Of a stretch of DNA of 64,000 nt, positions 54,832 through 64,000 are shown piece by piece. Under the pieces are notes generated by a model. That model did not search any database. It was given only the letters and a program-made list of their open reading frames with translations, and was not told where the DNA came from. This DNA comes from an uncultured Nitrospinota bacterium. GTDB lineage: Bacteria; Tectomicrobia; Entotheonellia; J063; CAVPRW01. The first letter of the stretch is position 1; every line of letters begins with the position of its first letter. Position numbers and translations under genes: made by a program. Where the stretch lies: NCBI GenBank assembly GCA_963707985.1, contig CAVPRW010000005.1, positions 1 through 64,000 on the forward strand, in the 5' to 3' direction.

Positions 54832-56726
54832 TCAGCTTTCATTGTGGAGGGGTAGGAGAATGGTGAAGGTGGACCCGATGCCAAATTGGCTCTCCACATG
54901 CAGATGTCCCTGGTGTTCTTCGATAATCTTGTGCGTCAGGGCGAGGCCGAGGCCTGTCCCTTTCTCCTTTGTGGTGAAGAATGGCGTGAACAGTGAATCG
55001 AGTTGTTCGGGGGTCATCCCTGTGCCTGTGTCTGCCAGTGTGATGAACACAAACGCCTGAGCGGAATCAGCGGCTGTACCGAGGTCGACATGTACCGTCG
55101 TCTCGCCCAGGGTAGATTGCCAGGGCACTCCATGGCCCGTGCGAATGGTCAACTTTCCCCCTACTGTCATGGCTTGAATGGCATTAATGGCCAAATTGCC
55201 CACGGCACGCGACAGATATTCCGGATCAGCCCGTACATGTGCAAGTCCTGGGGTGAGTTCTTGGACAATGGTAATACCGCGATCCGCAGCTTGTTCCTCA
55301 TAGAGTGCTACGCAACGGGCGATGATCTGATGGATATGAAGCAACCGCGGAGAAAGACGCGGTGGTCGACTCAATTCGAGCAACTCCTCCATGATGGCGT
55401 TCACACGATCGACCTCTCTAGGGACAATGTCCTGGAAACGGGAGATAAAGGCCGGATCCTTGGCCCTACGTGGAACCATATCGACGAACGTTTTCAACGC
55501 TACAAGCGGATTCTTGATCTCATGGGCTACCATAGCGGCCATACGCCCAACTGCAGCCAGGCGGTCAGCCCGTCGCAATCGTTGTTCCAACTCGCGCACC
55601 AGAGAGAGATCGCGGAAAATGCCGAGCAGCCCAGTGGTCTGCCCGGTCTCGTCCTCAAGCAGGCTGGTGTTGATCTCAATTGGGACCTCACGACCATCGG
55701 GACGGACGAACGACACGCCCCGGTCCCACCACACGTGCTTTCCCTGGATGCCATCAAGGAGTAGCCGCAGAAATGAAGGATTGCTATCAAACAGTTCTCG
55801 ACAAAGTTGCCCCTCAACTTCGTCGACCGCATACCCGGTAATGCGCGCCGCCATGTCATTCCACTTGACGATACGTCCCTCCATGTTCAGGGTCACCAAG
55901 CCATTGGTCATCGAGGCAAGGATACGGGCAGTATACCGTTCCAGATTTGACACCTCCCGCAACTGGGCATCAAGTTCGCGATTGGCTTCTTGCAAGGCCG
56001 CCTGCTGGCCTTGCAAGTCGTTCGTCATGCGATTGAACGTCGTTGCCAACTCGCCGATCTCATCCGCCGAGCGCACATCGATGCGATGCGCCAGATCACC
56101 TCCAGCCACGGCCACAGGCTCCAGCCCGCAATTGCTCGAGCGGCGAGGTGATCCGGCGCGCCAAGATCAACGCGGCGAGACACCCGACCAAGGCGGCGAC
56201 GATGCCGAAGATAAAGATGGTGAGTCGCGTCCGCTGAATTTCCCCATACATTCCCTGCAGTGAGATGGCGACGCGTACCGTGCCCCATTTATCGCGCTCG
56301 TCGGTTGGAAACACTGGGATCGCCACCTCGACGATATTCCCCTGACGTGGATCGACCCCGGCCTGGATGAGCGGCTCACTGGCCTTCCAAGGCCTTCTGG
56401 CTGATTGGGTCTGTGAGACGCTGCCCCTGCAGATCACTGCGCCGGCTGTGTGCGGCCACGTGCCCTTCGCGGTCGAGGATGATGACATAGACCACGTCCT
56501 CCTCGCGCGCCAGGCGTCCGACTTGTTGCTCCAGCAGGACATAGTTATAGGTCACCAGCGCGTTGGTGCTGACCGCTGCCAGATTCTGGGCGATCGTCAT
56601 GCCGCGTTTGCGCACCTGCGCCTCGATGGCCTTACGTTCACGGTACTCGACGACGATCATCATGACCGCCGTCAGCAGCACCACTAAGCACACCACCGAC
56701 ACGGCTAGCTTGGTGCGAAGGCGCAT
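54832..56726 (-). CDS. Membrane sensor histidine kinase (2 TM, periplasmic domain, HAMP, PAS, HisKA, HATPase); frameshifts ~56385 and ~56120
   Basis: DEIGELATTFNRM, AHEIKNPL, NAIQAM, DTGTGM, GTGLGL over three consecutive ORFs. Confidence 0.88.
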
Positions 56727-56755
56727 GTTGCGGAAAGTGCATGCCTTGCCCGACC

Positions 56756-58461
56756 TCACTTCCCGCCACTCGTCTTCCCGGTCTGCTTCAACCAGACCTT
56801 GCGAAGGGAGACATATGGATCGCCAAGGGCGCTGACCACAACCCCTTCGACGTACGGTTGGAACACGCTTTCATACGTGTAGTGCAGCAGCATCACGGCC
56901 GGCGCATCGTTCAGGATGAGCTGCTCAGCCTCCCGATAGAGCTTGACGCGGCGCAGATCGTCGGTTTCTCTGCGTGCGTCGTCTAAGAGCTTATCCACCG
57001 TGGGGTTATGATATCGGTAATAGTTCCGTTGGCCTGCAGAGTGAAAAAGAGGATAGAGGAAGTTATCCGGATCTGGGTAATCGGCATACCATGAATAGCG
57101 GAATAGCTGGACATCCCCCTGCTCTAAGGCCCCTCGGAAGGTTGGCCAATCATCGAATTCCTGCACGTCCACCTGGATGCTCCGAGAACTGCCAGATAGT
57201 GTTGGATGATTTGAGACTCCGCGCGTACCTCGACTGATTTCGCTGCGGTTGACAGTGTCACGGGTGCCAGATTGTTTCTCACCCGAATGGCCCGCCTCCG
57301 CTAATAGCGTCTTAGCTCTAGCTGGATCATAGTCGTAACCCTGCACCTCAGGGCTATATCCTGGCATGCCCGGCGGTAGAATGCCTCGGGCCACCACGTA
57401 AAGCCCCCCATAGACCTCCTGGTTAAGACGGACCTTATCGATGGCATAGTTGAATGCCTGCCGTACTTCTCGCTTCTGAAACGGGGGACGCTCAAGGTTG
57501 AACCCGATAGAGCAGGAGGCTGAGGGTCGGTTTTCGGATGACTTTATACGTCACCGCTTCAAGGAATTCCTTCCGCCGGTCCGGAGTCAGGGGGCTCTCC
57601 TCCAGTTCTCCTTGCTCAAAGGCTTTTAGCATAACGCCTTGTGTATTCCCTGGAAAGATGACAAAGCGGACGCGATCCAGGGCTGGCCGTCCCCCAAAAT
57701 AGTGTTTGTTGGTCTCGAGAAGGATTTCCTGTCCCCGCACCCACCGCACGAAGCGAAAAGGACCAGTGCCCACAGGCGCTGTTCCAAAGTCTGGACCCAA
57801 CCGTTCAACTTCGTCCCGGGGCACGATAGATGTATGGGCCATGCCGAGGATGCTGATGAAGGGGACAAAGGGCTCGGAGAGGGAAACTTCTACGGTATAG
57901 CGATCGATGGCCTTGATCCCTTCGAGCACTTTCGTTGTGCCAGCCCTGAAACTCGGCCGCCCCCTTCACTTTATCCAAAAGCAGACTACTGGGCGAACCC
58001 ACGGCGGGATCGAGCAATCGGGAGAGCGAGTATACAACATCCTCGGCGGTCATTTCTCGCCCGTTGTGGAACTGCACACCTTTGCGAAGATGAAAGGTCC
58101 AGACGAGGCCGTCACGCGACGCAGACCAGGATTGAGCCAGGGCGGGCACCACGTTGAGGTGAGCATCAAACGCCACCAGGCCATCAAAAATCTGGTTGGC
58201 AACGGCTACCCCATACACATCAGCGATCTTGGCTGGATCGAGGCTGGAGGGATCCTGTCCCAAAGGCCGTCGATAAGTACCCCCGATGGCTGGCACTTGC
58301 GTCGCTTGCGATGAGGCCTCGCGTGGCCGCATAGTTTCATTCGGCTCGTCACAGGCAGAGATGGCGAGAGTCACCGCCATCAACAGAGATACGCCGATGA
58401 ACCGCCGCGAGGAGCGCCGGGCCTGTGAGAGCTTTGCGATGACGCGGCGTGCCGTTCTCAT
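56756..58461 (-). CDS. Family-5 (oligopeptide-type) solute-binding lipoprotein, no permease nearby; several frameshifts
   Basis: LAISA-C lipobox, SLDPA, IFDGLV, FHLRKGVQFHNG, PVGTGPF, WYADYPDPDNFL. Confidence 0.85.
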
Positions 58462-58708
58462 GACCCCATTGAGCGACCTGTGTCTCGGCAAGCAAATGGT
58501 GAACGATTGCGTCTCTCCAAAGCTACTGCTTTTTTCACCGAACCGGCCTCACTGATGCTGCTGAGAGGTCCTCGCTTTCATACCGCCCCCCTCAGAGGGG
58601 CAGATGACACAAATTCTCCCTAAGATTGGCATAAAGAGCGGAAAAAATCAACAAACTCTGCGGCCCATCCGTGAGCAGCCTGGTTGCGAAGGTCACTGTC
58701 TGAGAACA

Positions 58709-58744
58709 GCAAAAGGGTAAGGGATTCTTCCCTCACCCTTTTGC
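58709..58744 (-). terminator. Hairpin, probable intrinsic terminator downstream of the small peptide gene
   Basis: GCAAAAGGGT-A-AGGGA / TCCCT-C-ACCCTTTTGC stem with a 4-nt loop. Confidence 0.6.
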
Positions 58745-58874
58745 AAAGGGGCTGAGTCTTGACATTACATCACTACAATCTTCTTGATCATCAACCACTG
58801 CACCTGATACAAGCCCATCGTCACTGCGACGAATGCGGCTCATAACACCGTAGTCGACTCAGGGACTTGTGTTG

Positions 58875-58995
58875 TTAGTCGCCGCCGTCAGCAGAAGCGC
58901 TGCTGGTAAACTGGCCAGCTGGTGAAGGTCGTTGCCGAGATGCCGGATACGATAATGGCCGCCGAAATCATGAGGGCGATGATCACTTTACGCAT
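58875..58995 (-). CDS. Small secreted pre-peptide (35 aa as read, or ~39-40 aa ending ASA-DGGD if one indel is corrected)
   Basis: GGAGG 8 nt before ATG; MRKVIIALMISAAIIVSGISA signal-like leader; below the ORF-track size cutoff. Confidence 0.75.
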
Positions 58996-59117
58996 GTGTC
59001 TGTCCTCCATCAAGGGTGTGAGGTCATTGCTGTTTGATCAGCCATGTCAGAGGGGCATTGCCCCTAGAATTGCCATCGATGCCACTGCTTATCGATGAAC
59101 ACTGCTTATGGGATAAC

Positions 59118-59132
59118 GCAAGGACGATGCCA
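59118..59132 (-). promoter_or_regulatory. sigma54 -24/-12 promoter for the peptide gene
   Basis: Minus strand TGGCAT-CGTCC-TTGC. Confidence 0.7.
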
Positions 59133-59301
59133 ACATCTGCATGGCAGCGAGCGCACTCGTGCAAGTGGGCGTCAGTCGCATGTTTGCGGACACGTCATGC
59201 GTGCTCATTGGAGGTATACGACGAAATGGGCCTGCACGAAAATACAGGCAATCATAGGTGAGATAGTAGGCGGTAATGGCTTACTTCACGATATCTTGAC
59301 G

Positions 59302-59327
59302 ACTATGCATAATTATTTGTGCATAGT
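59302..59327. promoter_or_regulatory. Palindromic putative enhancer (UAS)
   Basis: ACTATGCA-N10-TGCATAGT, ~175 bp upstream of the sigma54 site. Confidence 0.6.
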
Positions 59328-59502
59328 GCCCTCTGAAATCATGCACTGTCCTTGAGTATGAGAGTTGACTAATATATTAGTATCATTGAAGTCAGATAAA
59401 GCATGTGATATATAATTGATATACTAAAGGACTAACGAGGCATTTGGAGTGGCAGGGTCATTGAGTGCGCGGAAGAAACGTGAGTACTAGAGGAAAGGTG
59501 TT

Positions 59503-60876
59503 CTAACGCAGGTCAAGCTGCTCGATCTTCCCCAACAGAGTATTCCGATGAATACCTAGCATACGGGCAGCTATCGTTTGATTCCAATGGGTCTTCTCGA
59601 GAACACGACGGATATATTCACGCTCGAATTGCTGCACCGCTTTGCGTAGATCATACCCTTCCTCTTCCACCGGCTCGACCAGCGGAGTGTGCGACGACTG
59701 GAGGTCGAGGGGGAGATCTCGGAGCTGGATGGTTTCATGCTTGCTGATCACCACCAGGCGTTCGACGATGTTCTCTAATTCCCGCACGTTTCCAGGCCAG
59801 TCGTAGGCTTGTAGCGCATCCATAGCCGCCAGTGAGAAGCCCCGCACTTGGCGGTTAAATTGCCGGTTATATTTGGCTAGGAAGGATTGAATCAAGAGTA
59901 CGATATCACCCTTGCGGGACCGGAGAGGTGGCACAAACACTGGGATGACATTCAAGCGATAGTACAGATCATCACGGAAGGCTTTGGTCTTGACCAGTTC
60001 GCGCAGATCCGCATTGGTCGCCGCCACGATGCGTACGTCGACCTTGATCGTGCGCTCACCCCCGACCCGCTCGATCTCACGCTCCTGGAGCGCACGCAGG
60101 AGCTTGGTCTGCATGTCGAGTCGCATACTGCCGATCTCGTCGAGAAGCAGGGTGCCACTGTGCGCCAGCTCGAATTTCCCGATCCGCCGCTGGACGGCCC
60201 CCGTAAAGGCGCCGCGCTCGTGCCCGAAGAGCTCGCTCTCGATCAGGTGTTCGGGGATCGCCGTACAATTGACGGCCACGAAAGGTCTCTGGCTCCGGCG
60301 GCTCTGCCGATGGATGGCTCGGGCGATGAGCTCCTTGCCGGTGCCACTCTCCCCGGTGACCAGCACCGTCGCATCGCTATCGGCCACCTGCCCGACCAGA
60401 TCGAAGATCTCGACCATTTTCTCATCGCGTCCGACGATATCCACAAAAGAGTGATACCCTTCCACTTCGGACCTGAGATAGAGCACCTCTTTCATGAGCG
60501 CCTGTCTCTCCAATGTGCGTGAGACCACTCCCTGGAGTGTTTCGACATCGAATGGCTTGACGAGATACTCACTGGCCCCTGCCTGCATGGCCCGCACGGC
60601 CGTCTTGACATCACCCACCGCCGTCACCACAATGACCCCGAGATACTCATCCATCTCCTTAATGCGCTGGAGGACTTCCAAACCCTCCATGTCAGGCAAA
60701 CGGAGGTCCAGGATGACGAGACGAATATCCTCGTGGGCCACGACTTTGAGCGCAGCCGTACCATCTGAAACGGTGCGGACCTCACAGGTATCCTCCAGAA
60801 CGACCTTATAGGACTCCAGTACTCCAGGCTCGTCGTCGACCGCTAGCACAAGAGGTATGCTTGCCTCGGTCTGCAT
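59503..60876 (-). CDS. sigma54-dependent response regulator (REC-AAA+-HTH, NtrC/AtoC family)
   Basis: VDDE, LDLRLP, GESGTGKE, intact GAFTGA, WPGNVREL, LGIHRNTL. Confidence 0.95.
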   Translation of the reverse strand: MQTEASIPLVLAVDDEPGVLESYKVVLEDTCEVRTVSDGTAALKVVAHEDIRLVILDLRLPDMEGLEVLQRIKEMDEYLGVIVVTAVGDVKTAVRAMQAGASEYLVKPFDVETLQGVVSRTLERQALMKEVLYLRSEVEGYHSFVDIVGRDEKMVEIFDLVGQVADSDATVLVTGESGTGKELIARAIHRQSRRSQRPFVAVNCTAIPEHLIESELFGHERGAFTGAVQRRIGKFELAHSGTLLLDEIGSMRLDMQTKLLRALQEREIERVGGERTIKVDVRIVAATNADLRELVKTKAFRDDLYYRLNVIPVFVPPLRSRKGDIVLLIQSFLAKYNRQFNRQVRGFSLAAMDALQAYDWPGNVRELENIVERLVVISKHETIQLRDLPLDLQSSHTPLVEPVEEEGYDLRKAVQQFEREYIRRVLEKTHWNQTIAARMLGIHRNTLLGKIEQLDLR

Positions 60877-60953
60877 ATGACTCTCTTTCCCATGCATCGA
60901 TGCCTGAGGAAGTCGTGGGCGATGCGATTGGAGCATGCCGCCCGGGGGATGTG

Positions 60954-61723
60954 CTATTGCCCCGTGGCGACCGCGGCCTGCTCCGTTGCCCGGCCTAGGT
61001 CGATGAAGATTTCTCTGTTGCCATGGGGGTGCGAACGAGGCGCGTCCACGGTCTGCAGCACGCGAAAGCCAGCATCTTCAGCAACGATCATGACGCGGCG
61101 CAGCACCAGCTCTCGGCAGCGAGGATCGCGCACGATCCCACCCCGACCGACATGGTCCGCTCCAACTTCAAATTGTGGTTTGACTAGCGCTACCACGCGT
61201 CCGAGAGGCTGTAGGAACGGGGGGAGTAGCGGAAACACAAGCGTGAGAGAAATGAAGGAGACATCAATGGTGATCAGATCAACCGCTTCGGGAAGCTCGG
61301 CTGCCTGAAACGTCCGCACGTTTCGCCCATCCAGGGCGATCACCCGCGCATCCTCGCGGAGCTTCGGCGCCAGCTGCTCTACCCCGACATCGAGAGCATA
61401 GACCCGCTGTGCACCCCGCTGCAGGAGGCAATCGACGAAGCCGCCGGTTGAGGCCCCGATATCCAAGGCCACCAGGCCTGTGACATCGACGCCAAAGGTC
61501 TGCAGCACTCGGCAAGTTTGAGTCCACCCCGGCTCACATACGGGAGCCCATCGCCACGGATTTCGACCTGACGCGGATCGGGCAGGGTGAGCGATGGCTT
61601 GCGACAGGGCTGGCCACGGACCCACACCTGTCCGCTCTCGATGAGCCACCGCGCACGGTTGCGTGTTTCCGCATAGCCATGCGTCACCAGCCACTGATCG
61701 AGACGCGAACCGCTCGCGGCCAT
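60954..61723 (-). CDS. tlyA: TlyA rRNA methyltransferase (frameshift ~61510)
   Basis: S4 domain RLDQWL, YVSRGGLKL, DIGASTGGF, KPQFE. Confidence 0.9.
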
Positions 61724-62621
61724 TTACGACTCCCGCGCGATGATAAATTGCGCCAGGTCGCGCAGCACGTCTCCCCGTTCCGCCGAGGGGATCCAGCGCA
61801 GCAATGCCGGCAGTCACGGCAGCCTGCGCCCGCACCTCGGATTCGGGTCAGGCCCACCAGGCGTGGGTAGGTGGCTTTGCGTCGCTCGTCGTCCTTGCGT
61901 AAGGCCTTGCCCATGAGTTGTTCATCGCCTCGCACATCAAGGATGTCATCCATGATCTGAAACGCCAACCCGATATGCGTGCCGTAGTCGGTGAGAGCCT
62001 CCACTGCAGCCGGCGAACCACCGCTGAGGATCGCCCCGCAGCGTACGGAGGTGCGGATCAGCGCGCCGGTTTTGTGGGCGTGCATGTACTGCAGCGCCGG
62101 CAGATCGATGTCCTGTCCCTCCATCTGCTAGGTCGACGACTTGGCCGCCGATCATCCCGAAGGTGCCGATGGCATAGGCGACTTCGTGCATCACTTGCAC
62201 CACACGCTCCGGCACAAACCGTTGCCAATGCCGTCCATTGCCCATCAGTTCAAAGGCAAAGGTCAGCAGGGCATCCCCGGCCAGAATGGCGTTTGCCTCG
62301 CCGAAGACTTTATGGTTGGTCAACCGACCTCGCCGGTAATCGTCGTTATCCAAGCGCTGGGAGGTCATCGTGAATGAGTGAATAGGTATGGATGCACTCC
62401 AGCGCACAGGCGAGCGGGAGCACATCGGCGGCTGTCCCCCCAAGCGCTTCGGCAGCGGCGATGGCCAGGATCGGCCGCAGCCGCTTGCCCCCGGCAAACA
62501 CGCTATACCGCATGGCCTGAAAGATGGCTGGAGGGTAGTGCTCTTCTCCCGGGAGATAGCGAGCTAACGCCTCATCAACGAGCACTTTCTGCTCCTGTAA
62601 GTAGCGCAGGATATCGACCAT
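61724..62621 (-). CDS. ispA: Farnesyl diphosphate synthase (several frameshifts)
   Basis: GGKRLRP, SLIHDDLP, KTGALI, FQIMDDILD. Confidence 0.9.
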
Positions 62622-62639
62622 GGTCGTTCCTTCCCCGGC

Positions 62640-62897
62640 TCACGGGCGCTCGGCGGCGCCCGTGGGATCCTCGGATTCCTCGGGAAATGGCTCGACACGC
62701 AACTGTCCCTCTTTGTCGGCCAGCAAGATCTCGATACGGCGCTCGGCTTCATCCAAGCGACTCGCACAGAAACGCACCAGCTTTACCCCTTCCTCGAAGA
62801 CTTGCAGGGATTGCTCAAGAGCGAGCTTATTGCCTTCGAGCTGGGTGACGATCTCCTCCAGACGCTTCAACGACTCCTCAAATGTCGGTTCTTGCAT
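62640..62897 (-). CDS. xseB: Exodeoxyribonuclease VII small subunit
   Basis: TFEESLKRLEEIV...FEEG. Confidence 0.92.
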   Translation of the reverse strand: MQEPTFEESLKRLEEIVTQLEGNKLALEQSLQVFEEGVKLVRFCASRLDEAERRIEILLADKEGQLRVEPFPEESEDPTGAAERP

Positions 62898-64000
62898 CAC
62901 CCGATCCTTTCGTCATCACGGCGTTGACCGTGCACTGTAGGGAGCCTTGCCAGAGCGTGATTTCGACGTGCATTCCGGGCGCCGTGTCCTGCGCCTCGCG
63001 AATCACCCGTCCGTCGGCCTGATGACGACAAATGCTGTAGCCACGGCCGAGCACCGCCAGTGGACTCAACGCCTGCAAGGTCGCCGTCAGGCGTTCGAGC
63101 TCTTCGCGCTCGTGATGTATCTGCCCCCCCTGGGCCGCAATCAAGCGTTGCTCCAGGGCGGTCAAGCGTGCGCGCAGAAAGCCAACCCGCATCAGCGGAC
63201 TGAGATGGGCGATGGCCGCTTCACCACGCTCCAGTGCCTCCTGCGCGAGATGCAGACGGGCATGGATGGCACGGGCAAGGCGGGCGTTGAGCTCGTCGAG
63301 GCGCTGCTCGATGGTGTGCAGCGGCGCCCACGGATCTTTGAGGACCCGGCGCTGCTGACACGCCTCCAGGCGGGCCCGCAGCGCCTCCAGGCGGTGCTGC
63401 ATGCCGCGCTCGAGCCGTTGCGCCATCGACTGTAACTCGGCGTGCAGCTCCGATTTATTGCGGATCACCAGTTCTGCCGCCGCTGAGGGAGTGGGAGCCC
63501 GTACGTCGGCGACGAAGTCGGCGATGGTATAATCGATTTCATGCCCGACGGCACTGATCACGGGGACCTTGGAGACATAGATGGCCCGTGCCACCCTCTC
63601 CTCATTAAACGCCCACAGGTCTTCGATCGAGCCCCCCCCGCGTGCCACGATGATCACATCGATGCCAGGGTAACGGTTCAACACCTCAATCCCCTGGGTG
63701 ATCTCTTCTGCAGCTCCATCCCCCTGGACCCGGACGGGATAGACGCAGACGTGAAGATTGGTGAAACGCCGGCGCAAAATCTGCAGCATGTCACGAATCA
63801 CCGCACCGGTCGGCGAGGTGACGATCCCGAGACAGCGGGGGAGCATGGGCAGTGGTCGTTTACGGGAGGCATCGAACAACCCCTCCTGCGCCAGGCGAAC
63901 CTTTAATTGCTCGAAGGCAATCTGCAACGCCCCAATGCCCTTGGGCTCCATGTAGTCAATGACCAACTGGTATTCCCCACGTGGCTCATACAGGGAAATC
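62878..64000 (-). CDS. xseA: Exodeoxyribonuclease VII large subunit (5' end outside window)
   Basis: VTSPTGAV, ARGGGSIEDL, SAVGHE, RAPTPSAAAE. Confidence 0.95.
   Translation of the reverse strand, partial: ISLYEPRGEYQLVIDYMEPKGIGALQIAFEQLKVRLAQEGLFDASRKRPLPMLPRCLGIVTSPTGAVIRDMLQILRRRFTNLHVCVYPVRVQGDGAAEEITQGIEVLNRYPGIDVIIVARGGGSIEDLWAFNEERVARAIYVSKVPVISAVGHEIDYTIADFVADVRAPTPSAAAELVIRNKSELHAELQSMAQRLERGMQHRLEALRARLEACQQRRVLKDPWAPLHTIEQRLDELNARLARAIHARLHLAQEALERGEAAIAHLSPLMRVGFLRARLTALEQRLIAAQGGQIHHEREELERLTATLQALSPLAVLGRGYSICRHQADGRVIREAQDTAPGMHVEITLWQGSLQCTVNAVMTKGSGDARTDI

Noticed and set aside
1..64000. CRISPR array, tRNA or rRNA
   Set aside because: No regularly spaced short direct repeats and no recognisable structural RNA; the repeats in 1-11.5 kb are attC palindromes.

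Overview
GC-rich bacterial window. The gene repertoire suggests Ca. Tectomicrobia/Entotheonella or a similar soil lineage (inference only). Many single-base indels from ~33 kb onward look like long-read errors. (1) 1-12.3 kb: distal end of an integron-type cassette array with six attC sites plus one partial and no integrase in the window. Cargo is unusually large: patatin, two orphan solute-binding proteins (one split by an IS), a 3.1-kb cyclase-ATPase-TPR gene, and HEPN-like and NucS-like genes. (2) 13.8-36.4 kb: accessory metabolism and efflux (Rid, racemase, methyltransferases, mdtABC, epoxide hydrolase, P460-family cytochrome, Rieske oxygenase, DUF433/DUF5615 toxin-antitoxin, sigma54-driven fmdAB with a hidden Tat leader), mixed with gene relics and a 433-bp TIR element. 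(3) 36.5-48.5 kb: housekeeping genes (rmuC, argG/F/D, thiolase-OB fusion, ICDH-family, folD). (4) 48.6-60.9 kb, minus strand, the best candidate for a new system: an NtrC-type activator, a sigma54-driven tiny secreted pre-peptide missed by the ORF track, an orphan oligopeptide-binding lipoprotein, a HAMP-PAS histidine kinase, a second sigma54 promoter with a matching enhancer-like motif, and then vWA-TM-FHA and FtsZ/tubulin-like genes. (5) tlyA-ispA-xseB-xseA.
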